Positions 38,617-49,241 are shown, counted from the first letter of the stretch. The stretch: 64,000 bases of DNA from an uncultured Pseudomonadota bacterium (GCA_963736005.1 CAVTNB010000001.1:832001-896000), one strand, 5' to 3'. Program-made: numbers and translations. The notes: generated by a model from the letters alone, not told the origin.

Positions 38617-39473
38617 GTACGCTTATACCCGCGTAAGTAGGCGAGCGTCTGCTGATCGATTGTGCCGTCGCTGCGTACGCGATCTTCAAGATTTTCGCGA
38701 TGCATGAAATTGACCAGCGCTGCCGCGGCGCCAGCATCGTAGGTTGATCCCGCCTGCAACTCGCCCGCTTGGACAAGCAAACCGCAAATTTCGGATCCCA
38801 GAGCGGGAGTTATCAGCAATATCTCTTCAGGTGCCGGTTTAAAGAAATAGAGTTTGTGCAGCTCGAGAATGCGGGCGAGCTCTTCTATTGGTTCGGGGTG
38901 ATCGTCCACACGCAAGTCGACATATCGATCGTTGAAGCCGCTGTAGCCACCCCCCGGTTTTGTGATGTAGAGTGCGGCGGATTGCTTGCCCCGTCGATCG
39001 CCACCGGCAGCCTGTCCGGCTCGAAGCGCGGCAATCAGTCGGTCCGCCAAGTGGCCTCTCGAGCCGAGTAATGCGTCGGCCATTTCTCTCACGACAGCTG
39101 GGCCAGCGAGAATGTTCCCTTGCGCGGCGAAGTTGTGCTGCGAGATGCCGCCTGCCCAATCCATGCAGCCGCTGCCTGTGTACGTTGCGGATCGCCCCTG
39201 CGCGTCTACGATGCCGACCTGGCGCTGGGCCGCTTCAGCATCGCTTGATGTCAGAATGTCAATGACGTCTTGAGGATCGTGACCGCCTTGCAAGAGTTCC
39301 AAGCCACGAGGTCCGTAGCTCGTATTTGCCCACGCCTGCGTTGCGATCGCCCCAACACCACCTATTGCCCAAGGCACGGCGGAACCAACGGCAAGAAATT
39401 TAGATTGCACGGCAACGCCGAGTTCGTCTGATGCATCGTCAAACGCGACAATGGAAAATGTCGAAGCCCCCAC
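38613..39473 (-). CDS. DUF1028 family Ntn-hydrolase-like protein
   Basis: TFSIVA, GVAVQSKFLAVG, GGDRRGKQSAAL, DLRVDDHPEPIEEL. Confidence 0.9.
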   Translation of the reverse strand: MGASTFSIVAFDDASDELGVAVQSKFLAVGSAVPWAIGGVGAIATQAWANTSYGPRGLELLQGGHDPQDVIDILTSSDAEAAQRQVGIVDAQGRSATYTGSGCMDWAGGISQHNFAAQGNILAGPAVVREMADALLGSRGHLADRLIAALRAGQAAGGDRRGKQSAALYITKPGGGYSGFNDRYVDLRVDDHPEPIEELARILELHKLYFFKPAPEEILLITPALGSEICGLLVQAGELQAGSTYDAGAAAALVNFMHRENLEDRVRSDGTIDQQTLAYLRGYKRT

Positions 39474-39518
39474 AGTATCAGTGGAGGTACGGTATGACGG
39501 CCCCGCTAACCTAGCACG

Positions 39519-39573
<55 letters not shown>

Positions 39574-39592
<19 letters not shown>

Positions 39593-39981
39593 TTCCCACT
39601 ACGCCCGACCTTAACCACAGCCTCCGCGCTTCGCCGTATCGGTAGTATGTAGGCCACCTTCGCTTTCCGCTGTTTCGAATCCAAGGATATCTCGGCGACG
39701 AAAGCGTGAATTGCCGTTCGCAGTTCAACGCGGTCAACGCTGTGCGATTGGTCTGCGAGTGTCTTTAGGCGTTCCTTCAGTTCATCAACGTTGTGTGGGA
39801 TCTGACTCGCTCGTGACAACTCCAGCGTCGCTAAGGCCTTGCTATCCGAGGCGACCTGCTGTTCCAACTCCTCGTAGCGTGCATTTATGGACTTCGGCAT
39901 GGCTCCATCCTCGAAATTAAGGCGCAGGTTTTGCTGCTTGCGCATATTGTCGTTTATGCTATCGCGTAATGTGTGAAGCAT
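39574..39981 (-). pseudogene. C-terminal remnant of a large serine recombinase, ending inside the tRNA att core
   Basis: Coiled coil (NLRLNFEDG..RYEELEQQ) and ELRTAIHAFVAEISLD..KVAYILP; no catalytic domain; stop within the tRNA T-arm. Confidence 0.7.
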
Positions 39982-40381
39982 TGGAATTGATTTTAGCCTC
40001 GCTGACGCCGAAGCAAAGCGTCAGAATTTACGGCAAGCCGACATCATCACCAGCACAAAGCACGTGTGCCTGGGCGTTAGGCTCCAGGAGAAATGGCGCG
40101 ATCTAGCCGATTTTCTGAGTTGCCACGGCGCGAAGGCGCGAAAGGAATAGTCCGACTTGGGCAATACTTTCAGAGTCCGATGATGATGGATGTCCGTCCA
40201 CGGTACTTGGACGTTTTGCTTCGGATCGTAACCACAGAACGTTGAGCCGCATAGTGTAATCGCTGGGGGCACCTTTCGTAGTCTGCTCGGGTCAAGTTGG
40301 AAGTGGTTTCAATGCAACGGCGTCTTGCATGTTGGAACCCACCAGACCCAGAAGTCTCCCAACGCCAGAGGAAAGCCAACC

Positions 40382-40912
40382 ATGTCACTTGCGCTATGGA
40401 GCGTTATTCTTGCGTTGTTCACGCTCGTTGTTATTTCCGTCACAGCAGTGGCGGCGCTCATCCACATGCACCATGCCAGGCAAAGCAACCAGATAGCAGC
40501 GCTCATGCAATACAGAAATCTACAGGAAGAACCCAATGTTCGAGCGGCGTTCGCCTTTGTCTATCAACACCTATCAGATCAATTGCATGACCCGAGTTTC
40601 CGCGCTGCGCTAGAGGATGGAAACTTTACAACCCCTGCATTGGCACAGTTTGTGCGGATAGGCCTCTTGTTTGAGGATATGGGGGCGCTCGTGAAATACG
40701 ATATCCTTGATGCGACACTCGTATGCGATTTGTGGTCAAAGCGCATCGACCGGTGCTGGACGATCATGAGACCGGCGATTGAAATTTCTCGAATCAAACA
40801 TGGCCCTGCACTGCTAGAGAACTTCGAATATTTAACTGTGCTTGCTCGCAAATGGATAGCTAACCATCCGCATGGGGTCTTCCCGAAGAACGTACCGCGG
40901 TTGCACGAGTAG
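40382..40912 (+). CDS. DUF4760-like membrane-anchored protein
   Basis: N-terminal TM; LFEDMGALVK..LD..LENFEYL. Confidence 0.65.
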   Translation: MSLALWSVILALFTLVVISVTAVAALIHMHHARQSNQIAALMQYRNLQEEPNVRAAFAFVYQHLSDQLHDPSFRAALEDGNFTTPALAQFVRIGLLFEDMGALVKYDILDATLVCDLWSKRIDRCWTIMRPAIEISRIKHGPALLENFEYLTVLARKWIANHPHGVFPKNVPRLHE

Positions 40913-41103
40913 CGGGTGCTGATGCCGCGCAACCACGAAGACCCGCCAGCGCGATTATCGAGATCGCGTTGCTTGAGTTGCTGAACTGGCGGGAACTGGC
41001 CGATGTTCTGCGCCGCCACGGCGCGAAGGCGCGTGGAGACTACCCGGAAAAATATGCCAACTTCGGATCCGAAGCACACTTGGGGATTACCTACAAAAAG
41101 CGA

Positions 41104-41364
41104 TTAGAATGAAATGGCGACGTTATCGGGTGCAAATTCTTTCAGCCCATCTAACAAACGGCCTAAGTGACGCGTACTCAAGAATGCGTTATATACTGCA
41201 AAAATTAAGAAAAAGACGCCACCATATCTATAGAATAAGATTCGCCCACGCGTGCTGAAAAGTCGTCCACGCGCGAGCATCCGTTCAGGTATAAAAAGCC
41301 ATAAAGTGCCAACAGTGGCTTCCACTACTGCAATGAGTAAGAAGCTAAAGTGATACTGCACCAC
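41104..41364 (-). CDS. small AT-rich membrane protein
   Basis: Two hydrophobic segments; visibly lower GC than flanks. Confidence 0.45.
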   Translation of the reverse strand: MVQYHFSFLLIAVVEATVGTLWLFIPERMLARGRLFSTRGRILFYRYGGVFFLIFAVYNAFLSTRHLGRLLDGLKEFAPDNVAISF

Positions 41365-41522
41365 AATACTTTAGGAAGCCCCGCCCCGCCGTAGTGGCCC
41401 TGTGGCTAAGGTCAGTTCGTTAGGGAATTGCGGGGGATGGGAGTTTCCGTTAGGACCGACCGAACCAGGAGGAGTCACAGCGCTAATCCCCATCGCGTTT
41501 TGACCAACCGAGCAAGCACCAA

Positions 41523-41630
41523 GCGCCGTATCGGTAGAACATAGGCGACTTTCGCCTTGCGCACTCTTGAGTCCAGAGAAATCTCGGCAACAAAGGCATG
41601 AATTGCCGCTCTCAGTTCCTTACGATCCGA
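41523..41630 (-). pseudogene. second recombinase C-terminal remnant
   Basis: SDRKELRAAIHAFVAEISLDSRVRKAKVAYVLPIRR, homologous to remnant 1. Confidence 0.75.
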
Positions 41631-41696
41631 AGTGCCGCGACCGTGATCCTTTCCTGCTTGCGTTCCTCAGGGGGCCCGACTTCCGTTGCAGGACCG

Positions 41697-41729
41697 CCTT
41701 AACGACCCCTTAACTATTCCTTAACTATT
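41697..41729 (+). promoter_or_regulatory. three CCTTAAC repeats at 11-bp period (PHO-box / OmpR-PhoB-type site)
   Basis: CCTTAAC at 41697, 41708 and 41719, upstream of the TonB-dependent receptor. Confidence 0.65.
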
Positions 41730-41803
41730 ACCACGGGTTCGGCTCCGGGGGCGCCCGAGTCGATGCGCCCAAACCTCATTTCAAGGTAACTAAGGAGACT
41801 TGG

Positions 41804-44800
41804 ATGAGATACTATATTGCATGCAGGATGCGAAAGATCGTTCTTATGATCGCCGCAGCCTCTTTTGTTTTGCTTATCACCGTTGTTTCTGACTCGAAGG
41901 TGTTCGCCAGCTCCACTGGCGTCATCAGCGGGACAGCAACTGATATGACGACGGGTGTCCCCATTGCAGACGTAGCCGTTTCTGCGGTATCCGGATCCGG
42001 AACCTACAAGGGGATTACGAACGCCCACGGTTTCTACTCAATGGCGGGCGTGTACGCCGATACGTACGCGGTCACGTTTTCTTCAGCAGGCTTCGAAGTT
42101 TACGTTGAAACCGGTGTTACGGTCTTCGCCGATCAAGTGGTGACGGTTGACGTCAAACTGAGGAAAGCGCCCACGCTGCTGAGTCGTATCGTCATTCGCG
42201 CCGCAGCGAGCGCATTCCAACCGTCACAGACGACCACCACGACCACCGTGAGCGCCGCGCAGGTCCAGAACTTTCAGGGTTCGGCGTTCAACATAAGTGA
42301 AACGAACCTCATCACCTCGCTGCCCGGCGCAATGGCCGACTCGTCCGGCTACCCGGTGATCCACGGTGGCCGCGAGTATGAGGAAGACTTCGAGTTCGAA
42401 GGCATTCCATATGTGGACGCTTACTCGAACCAGTTCACCAACTCTCTCGCGATTCCGACCGGTGGTGTCCAACTCTTGCAATTGACAACTGGTGCGGGTG
42501 ACGCGAGCCAAGCCGGTGGCGGAACCGGTGCCTTCAACGTAGTCGCCAAGCGCGGTACCTATCCAAGCTACGCACAGGTCGCCGTTGCCGCGGGTGGCCC
42601 CGGCTTCGACCATCGGCTCAACCTCGACGTTAGTTGGGCCACCCCAGACGGGCGCGTGTCGGATTACTTGTCGTTCGCGGGCGCCAACACCACTTTCCAG
42701 TATGGCAATGGAACCACGCCGGTCGTACAGCTCGGCAGCTACTTTTCATCCAACAACGAATTCGACCGCGAACTTCTCAACAACTTCAACTACCGTTTCG
42801 GCAACAACAACTCGCAGTCGCTGCAATTCTTCATCGACGTCGCGGACCACAACTTCTACCAGGGCGCGGGTGGTTTGACCGGACTGTGCTTTGCCAGCTG
42901 CGACCCGGTCTACGACTCGACTTGGGGTGGCATCTTTGGGTTCTCGACATCGCAAATACAGGGCTTGTCGGCGATGTATCCGGGGCAAACGACGCCCAAT
43001 GAGCTGCTCGCGTCAGCATTTGGCCGCTATCCGGCCACTTATTTCCAACCAAACTCGGCGATGAAACTCGAGTACACCCGCAACCTCGATTCATCCACGT
43101 ACTTCTCCGCGAAAGTCTACCAACAGATTTCGGTGGTGACATTCGACTTCCCCAGCACGGAAGGAAGCTTCGCCGGGGATGCCTATAATCGTCAGGGTGG
43201 TGAAACAACGGGCTTCACGCTCTCGTTGCAGAAGCAGCTGAACGACCGGAACCTGTTTACTTTTGGTGCCGACTATGGTTTGGTGCATCCAATCGACCAG
43301 TACCTTTCAACTTCCTACGGCCTCTACGGCGCCTTAATCAGTCCTTTGGATATCGCTGGGACCGTGTATGGCTTCATCCCCCCGAGCGACCCGAGCTGCC
43401 CGCTCGGTCCGGGAGGTTGCGGGTACGCCTACAATTTCCCAAACGCGCCGGCGCAACTAACCTACCCACAATTCGACCAGGTTTCGACGATCAATCGCCA
43501 AGACTACTCGGTTTACGCCAACGACAAGACGGACATCGGCAGCAAGCTCAAGGCCGAGATCGGCTTGCGCCTCGACATGGCGACCTATCGCTTGCCGGCG
43601 CCAGGCGTCGATCCGAACTACTGCACCACGGCGTACCAACCGGCGACGTGGACGGCTAATCCCGCATACAATAGCAGCGCTCCGCTTGGCAACGGCAATT
43701 GCCCGTTCAATGCGACCTACAACTTCACGAGCGAGGAAACCAGACCGAAGGTGCTTCAACCGCGCATCGGCCTGTCCTACGAAGTTACACCGACCACGGC
43801 CGTGCGTGTCACTTACGACCGCGGCGTCGCGTTCGTGCCGATCGCGTCGGTCGGTTTCGGCCAGGTCGACCCTGGCTATTACATCAACACACCATACGGT
43901 TCGTTGCCGGCTGTCAATCTATTCGGCGGCACGCAAACCAACTGCGGAATTTCACCGAATTATCTTGTACCGTGCAAAACCTTCGGCGAGCAGCTCTACT
44001 GGGCGTCTCAAAACTTCGACGGGATTCCATTTCAGCCGGCTCTTCCGATGACCGCGGACAACTACCAAATCAATTTGCAGACTCAGTTCACTGGGGGCAT
44101 CCTCAACGGCGTCGGGGTGAGCATCGCTCCGTGGCACCGCTTCCAGCACAACACGACTGCGAATGAAGCCTCGCCGGTTCTCGGACCCAACGGACTCCCG
44201 TTGGTCGTGAATGGAGCGGTCCAGTTCCTCCCGCCCGTTCTCAACAATCTGGGTAAGGAGTTCGCCACGGGCATAGACCTTAACATCACCCGCGAGAATG
44301 CCTACGGGCTCAGCGGACAGTTCACGGCCTCGTACATCAATGAGTTCTCGAGTGTCATTCCGACCAGTAGTTCGGAGGACTTCTATCCCAACATCGTCCC
44401 CGCATCGCTGCTCGTTGGTAACATCTATCGCGTCGGCTTCGTGTCGCCGCTCCAAACGACACTCGGGCTCACGTACAAGACGCACAGCGGCTGGCGCATC
44501 AATCCGCGTTTCTCCTACAACATCGGCTATCCGACTGGTCTTGGCACACTGTCGGCCGCCCTCGTCAACGGCACGGCGTTTAACCTGGCCAACACCAACG
44601 CACTCATCGGCAGCGCCCCCAACGGGCCGGCGTGTTTCGTCGACCCGGAAAATCCCGGCTCGGTCTTAAATCCGAACCTCGCGGCCTGCCGCGGTAACGC
44701 GGAAACTTCGTCTGCGGGTGGAGAACTCACACCGCCTAACTCGGTTGCCTCAATCACAATCGAATACGCGGCGCATCACTCGCCAATCACCTATGGTGTC

Positions 44801-45040
44801 GACGTGGAAAACATCTTCAACGAGACCTTCAACGGGCCGCTTTTCAACGCTCGCTATCAACCGATCGCGACCGGCATCACCGGACCGTTGACCGGTTTCT
44901 CGACAGATCCCACCAACTACACGAACTACCCCTCGGCCTGGCCGCAGTACCAGAATTACATTGGAGGCAAGCAAACTTACATTAATATCCCCGCGAATCC
45001 GGGAACCTCGTTCTATTTCTACGTCCAAGCGAGGACGTGA
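41804..45040 (+). CDS. TonB-dependent receptor with N-terminal carboxypeptidase-regulatory-like domain
   Basis: Signal peptide, GVISGTATD, plug LITSLPG..IHGG, GLRLD, QPRIGLSY, ENIFN, C-terminal FYFYVQART. Confidence 0.85.
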   Translation: MRYYIACRMRKIVLMIAAASFVLLITVVSDSKVFASSTGVISGTATDMTTGVPIADVAVSAVSGSGTYKGITNAHGFYSMAGVYADTYAVTFSSAGFEVYVETGVTVFADQVVTVDVKLRKAPTLLSRIVIRAAASAFQPSQTTTTTTVSAAQVQNFQGSAFNISETNLITSLPGAMADSSGYPVIHGGREYEEDFEFEGIPYVDAYSNQFTNSLAIPTGGVQLLQLTTGAGDASQAGGGTGAFNVVAKRGTYPSYAQVAVAAGGPGFDHRLNLDVSWATPDGRVSDYLSFAGANTTFQYGNGTTPVVQLGSYFSSNNEFDRELLNNFNYRFGNNNSQSLQFFIDVADHNFYQGAGGLTGLCFASCDPVYDSTWGGIFGFSTSQIQGLSAMYPGQTTPNELLASAFGRYPATYFQPNSAMKLEYTRNLDSSTYFSAKVYQQISVVTFDFPSTEGSFAGDAYNRQGGETTGFTLSLQKQLNDRNLFTFGADYGLVHPIDQYLSTSYGLYGALISPLDIAGTVYGFIPPSDPSCPLGPGGCGYAYNFPNAPAQLTYPQFDQVSTINRQDYSVYANDKTDIGSKLKAEIGLRLDMATYRLPAPGVDPNYCTTAYQPATWTANPAYNSSAPLGNGNCPFNATYNFTSEETRPKVLQPRIGLSYEVTPTTAVRVTYDRGVAFVPIASVGFGQVDPGYYINTPYGSLPAVNLFGGTQTNCGISPNYLVPCKTFGEQLYWASQNFDGIPFQPALPMTADNYQINLQTQFTGGILNGVGVSIAPWHRFQHNTTANEASPVLGPNGLPLVVNGAVQFLPPVLNNLGKEFATGIDLNITRENAYGLSGQFTASYINEFSSVIPTSSSEDFYPNIVPASLLVGNIYRVGFVSPLQTTLGLTYKTHSGWRINPRFSYNIGYPTGLGTLSAALVNGTAFNLANTNALIGSAPNGPACFVDPENPGSVLNPNLAACRGNAETSSAGGELTPPNSVASITIEYAAHHSPITYGVDVENIFNETFNGPLFNARYQPIATGITGPLTGFSTDPTNYTNYPSAWPQYQNYIGGKQTYINIPANPGTSFYFYVQART

Positions 45041-45041
45041 C

Positions 45042-46244
45042 ATGCGCATCATGAAAGCACTCAATAGGACGTTTGGTCTCGCGGTCGCGGCGGCACTGCT
45101 GGTAGCGTGTGCGACCAATGGCGTCGCAAAAGTCCCGAGCACAAATCAGGCGAACCTCGCATCCAATAAGCTGCAATTTGCCGTTGGTACCGCGAGAATC
45201 GGACAGGACAGTGCTGTGGGGGTGAACTTCGTGGCGACATTGCGCCAGCCTAACGGTCTAACCGGCGTACTCGCGAGCACTCCGGCGATCACTGGGCCGG
45301 CTGGCTTCGTGGTCCCGGCTGGCGCAACCGGTGCGTACACTAATGCAGGTCCGAACCTCGACGCGGGCACCAACCACATCAGCAGCTCACCGCAGGTCCC
45401 TCTCAACAACGCCGGGCTCGTCAATACCACACTCGGCACGTTTAGCGGTGTCTACACGTACGGCCTGGGGCCGTTCAACTCGGACCAAAGCACGGTTAGC
45501 GGTGGATACTATCCCGGTAGTCCGAATGCCACCGCAGGGAATGGATTCACATCGTCGACCTACAACGGCACGTCGCTGGTCGCCCTCGCGATCGGTAGCG
45601 GGGATGCGATCCAGCCATTGCCGTACTTTTCAGCGGATCCGATGGCGTATATCACGGGTCCGCCAGCGGTGCCGTTCTTTAACGACGGAACATTTCCGAC
45701 GAACTTTGCAGGATACTCTCCTGGTTTTACGCCGGTGGAAATTGCACCGGTTTCAGGATCGTACACCATGAAGGTAAGAGTAGTTGCACAGAATGCGGCT
45801 CCGTTCACCTACTCGGCGACCGCGACGCTCACCTCGGCTGCGCCGTTGCCGGCCATGCCGGCGCCGACGTTCACCGGTGACGGCGCTGGAGGTGGAACTG
45901 GCACGGTGAATGTACCAGCTGGCGTCACGGAGACGATGGTGTACATCGTCGACGCAAATGCCGGCCCGCTGTTCTACGCCGTCGGGCCGATCAACGGCGC
46001 CGGCACGCAGCCGTTCGCATTGCCCGATCATCTCGGCAAGTGCATTGGCACGGGATGCCAAAACGGTGCCGGTGCAAGCAACTCGCTGAATACAGGGGAC
46101 ATCTACTTCATCTCGGCGGTCGGATATGACTATCCGGCCTTCGAAGCCGGGCCTCCAGGAAACAGACAACAAAGGCCCACCATCACTGGAGCGAATGGAC
46201 AAGCGGACATCACCATGTCCCCAGTGGTGCAAGGAACCTACTAG
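45042..46244 (+). CDS. lipoprotein directly downstream of the TonB-dependent receptor
   Basis: Lipobox LVAC; ATG 1 nt after the receptor stop; Gly/Pro/Thr-rich. Confidence 0.8.
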   Translation: MRIMKALNRTFGLAVAAALLVACATNGVAKVPSTNQANLASNKLQFAVGTARIGQDSAVGVNFVATLRQPNGLTGVLASTPAITGPAGFVVPAGATGAYTNAGPNLDAGTNHISSSPQVPLNNAGLVNTTLGTFSGVYTYGLGPFNSDQSTVSGGYYPGSPNATAGNGFTSSTYNGTSLVALAIGSGDAIQPLPYFSADPMAYITGPPAVPFFNDGTFPTNFAGYSPGFTPVEIAPVSGSYTMKVRVVAQNAAPFTYSATATLTSAAPLPAMPAPTFTGDGAGGGTGTVNVPAGVTETMVYIVDANAGPLFYAVGPINGAGTQPFALPDHLGKCIGTGCQNGAGASNSLNTGDIYFISAVGYDYPAFEAGPPGNRQQRPTITGANGQADITMSPVVQGTY

Positions 46245-46266
46245 TCCTAGGCGACTAGCGGTAGGA

Positions 46267-46298
46267 AAGGGGGTGCGGTTTTGACTTCGCCCCTTTTG
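46267..46298 (+). terminator. probable intrinsic terminator
   Basis: AAAGGGG...CCCCTTTTG hairpin after the lipoprotein gene. Confidence 0.5.
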
Positions 46299-46390
46299 TC
46301 TAGTCATAGTCCGATCAGAAAGGGCTAGGCGAGTTCGCTGATCGGCGTCCGCTGAAACAACGGATTGAGAAACTAAAGCCACGGCCCCCC

Positions 46391-46906
46391 TTGAGTATTG
46401 CGGCCGCACCGCGAATTGAGGATTTGGTTATGCTCGCGCGCCCAACAAAAGGAGTCACGCAGCCACTCGGTCTGGTCATCGTAATTCATATCAACGGTAC
46501 AATCGATGTCGCGTCAAAGTTACCCGTTGTCGAACGACTGGTCGACGACGTCAAGAAGCAATTCACAAACATTGATGCAGACCGACGATTTCTCGTCTTT
46601 GGTGATCTGCTAATCGATCGGGAGCTCCAAGAGGTGACTCGCGGGTCGCGCCCAGTTCATCTCGAGCCAATGGAATACTCTCTACTAGAATGTCTCGTGC
46701 TCAACCACGACCGTGTTGTTTCCAAAAGTCATCTGAACTCTACCGTTTTTAAGAATTCAAATTTCAGAAATTCGAAAGCTAAGCCGTTCAATTTGCTTTG
46801 TGTGTGCGTTAACCAGTTGCGCAAGAAGATCGATAGGGGTCGGAGCGCCCGCCTGATACACACGCGCCGCGGTTTTGGCTATTACCTGCGAACGCCGTCG
46901 GGGTAG
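46391..46906 (+). CDS. OmpR/PhoB-type winged-helix protein lacking a receiver domain
   Basis: FGDLLID..VTRG..LEPMEYSLLECL..LRKKID..IHTRRGFGY; start uncertain. Confidence 0.75.
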   Translation: MSIAAAPRIEDLVMLARPTKGVTQPLGLVIVIHINGTIDVASKLPVVERLVDDVKKQFTNIDADRRFLVFGDLLIDRELQEVTRGSRPVHLEPMEYSLLECLVLNHDRVVSKSHLNSTVFKNSNFRNSKAKPFNLLCVCVNQLRKKIDRGRSARLIHTRRGFGYYLRTPSG

Positions 46907-47429
46907 CAGCACCTCCGTTCATGCCAGAGACATTTACAGGCGATAAGACCCAATTTACTTGATAAGACTGGTGGATCGATCGAGACCTTAGATGCAAGTC
47001 GGCGCCTCAACGACCAATCCACTCTCGGCGCTTCCCAATTCAGTCGATCAATTGCAAATCCACACTTAAAGTATCACTTGTATCACGCAACAAACGCGAG
47101 GACGCGATGGATATCGAGGTCGGTGAGCGCCATTATTTCGAGCATGCGTGGGCTAGCGGAGTAAACAGCCCTTCAACTCGGGTCTGACCTCTGACGCGTT
47201 GTTATCGGCCTGGGCCGCTAAAGACGCTTTATGAAGCCTTTAATTTTTCTTACCACCACCCGGAATTTACGCGGAAGAGTTAGCAAGGATGCGTGCCTCG
47301 ACAATTCTGTGACCACGAGCGAAAGCGCGTGTCAGGGTTAGGCGGATGTATGGAGAATCGCCTGAGGGGCCTTACCATCTTTGCTATGCTGATGATTCTT
47401 TCTGGGAGTGACAGAGATGGTGACGGGCT

Positions 47430-48215
47430 TCACGCACCACTTCCTGATAAGTATAGCGCATGAGCGGCATCGTAGACGCCATGACCGATTATGACAATCC
47501 ATAGGTTTCGCCCACCAAACACAAAGATCAAACCGAAGAACAGGCCGATCGCACCGGTCAGGATCATTCCATAGAGTTGTTGATATCCATGCGAAAGCCC
47601 GAACAGCGCCGCCTGAACTATGATGGCGAGAATCCACGCGGGGTTTGACCGTCCAAAAATATATGCGAGGCGGGTCAGAATAAATCCGCGGAAAATAAAT
47701 TCTTCGACAAAACCAACAATCAACAGACTGATAGCAATACGCTGCGCCACCAGCCACGGGTTCCCCCTTAGTTCGGTTCCAATATCTCCCAGCCGATTCG
47801 TTCCATGATCGAGATGTTCCAGAATCACAACCACAGCAAACACGATTGCTGCCGTAAGCAGACCCAGAAGGATCGTGCGAACGACGCTGCTCGGCCTCCC
47901 GAGACCGATTGCTGAAAGCCCTTCACCATTTAGCTTCAGCAGGAGCGCCGCAAAGAGCACCCACAGAATAAAAAGTATGCTCGACGCGACAATACGATTG
48001 GTACCGCCCACATTGAAGCCATGCTGGATCATCAGCTTCTCCGCCAATGGCGGAACGATTACGACGAAGGCGAGGATCAAAACGATTTCGAGCAAATCGC
48101 GAATGGCAAGCGCGACCTGCCACTTTTGGCTATTCACAGGCGTCCTCCACCTAACGAGAATTGAACCGAAATCACCCCAGATGGCCGAGGGTTTTCGACT
48201 CCAAATTGCCGTCAT
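47430..48215 (-). CDS. CPBP/Abi family intramembrane metalloprotease (true start probably ~48138)
   Basis: EEFIFRG, FGLSHGYQ, IGHGVYD. Confidence 0.88.
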   Translation of the reverse strand: MTAIWSRKPSAIWGDFGSILVRWRTPVNSQKWQVALAIRDLLEIVLILAFVVIVPPLAEKLMIQHGFNVGGTNRIVASSILFILWVLFAALLLKLNGEGLSAIGLGRPSSVVRTILLGLLTAAIVFAVVVILEHLDHGTNRLGDIGTELRGNPWLVAQRIAISLLIVGFVEEFIFRGFILTRLAYIFGRSNPAWILAIIVQAALFGLSHGYQQLYGMILTGAIGLFFGLIFVFGGRNLWIVIIGHGVYDAAHALYLSGSGA

Positions 48216-48400
48216 CCGGCAAGATCCCTAAAATCAGGGGAAAGGCGTCGGCATTGGAAAACCTTGCGCGTCCCCGTGTCGCCCAACTCCGGGACTCAGT
48301 CAAAATGCGATCGGGATCAGCATTGCGACGCCTCCTCGTTCGGTCGGTTCAAAACGGGAACTTCCATCCCCCGCAATTCCCTAACGAACAAGACTCTATC

Positions 48401-48454
48401 AGCGGAGCGCCGTATCGGTAGGATATAGGCGACCTTTGGTTTGCGCACTCTTGC
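48401..48454 (-). pseudogene. third recombinase C-terminal remnant
   Basis: ARVRKPKVAYILPIRRSA next to the att core at 48364-48381. Confidence 0.7.
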
Positions 48455-48473
48455 TCATGATTGAAGTAGCACT

Positions 48474-49220
48474 ATGAAGAGCATTTTTTACATTGCCCTG
48501 GTTTTCGCATTTGGTAGCGCCGCCGCCGCTGGCAACACCATTTCGACAAGCGCCATTGCAGATGCGAAGAGGCCCGCCGTTGCGATCATCTGTAATGGGG
48601 CAACTGGTATTGCCGGAACGGGGTTCCTGATAAGAAGCGATGGTTACTTCGTAACCGCATCTCATGTGGTCCGAAAACTGGCTGCCATAAGTGGAAAATC
48701 TGGTTGCCAACCGATGGTCGAAATAGAAAGAGGTGGGTGGGGATCTCAAAACGGCCCACAAATAATCCTTGAAGTATTCCCGTTCGACCTCACCAAATGC
48801 GCGAGCGATGCGACAGTGGATGCTGCCGCGTGCCTCACGACCAGCAATCCATTCTTTGATGAGTACACTAAGAGGTACGTCCGCTCGGTTGTTTTTGATC
48901 GCGGTGATACCCAACTGGCAGACGGCACGGAAACCATTTTCGTCGGGTTTCCCTTCAATCACCAACCTCCAATAACTATGAGAGGTTGGATCGCCGCCTA
49001 TGACTACGACCTGCCCACCAATGAACCCGAACTCATTATCGGCGTTAATTGTTGGCCAGGAAGCAGCGGTAGTCCAGTTTTTAGTGACGGAAAGATCGTG
49101 GGCATGGTTGTTGGAACGAGGGCGAATGAACCGGGATTGTGCTATGCTCGACCGGCAAGAGAAATTATTCAATTCTTGCACGCGCAGAATATCCCGGTGA
49201 TCGTCAAAGGGGCTCATTGA
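48474..49220 (+). CDS. secreted trypsin-like serine protease
   Basis: GTGFLI, VTASHV, DAA, PGSSGSPV. Confidence 0.85.
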   Translation: MKSIFYIALVFAFGSAAAAGNTISTSAIADAKRPAVAIICNGATGIAGTGFLIRSDGYFVTASHVVRKLAAISGKSGCQPMVEIERGGWGSQNGPQIILEVFPFDLTKCASDATVDAAACLTTSNPFFDEYTKRYVRSVVFDRGDTQLADGTETIFVGFPFNHQPPITMRGWIAAYDYDLPTNEPELIIGVNCWPGSSGSPVFSDGKIVGMVVGTRANEPGLCYARPAREIIQFLHAQNIPVIVKGAH

Positions 49221-49241
49221 CTCTCGTCCAAGGCTCCCGCC

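Noticed and set aside
46907..47429. ~500-bp gap with a 26-codon ORF near 47108
   Set aside because: No motif, repeat or convincing RNA structure; cannot support a feature.
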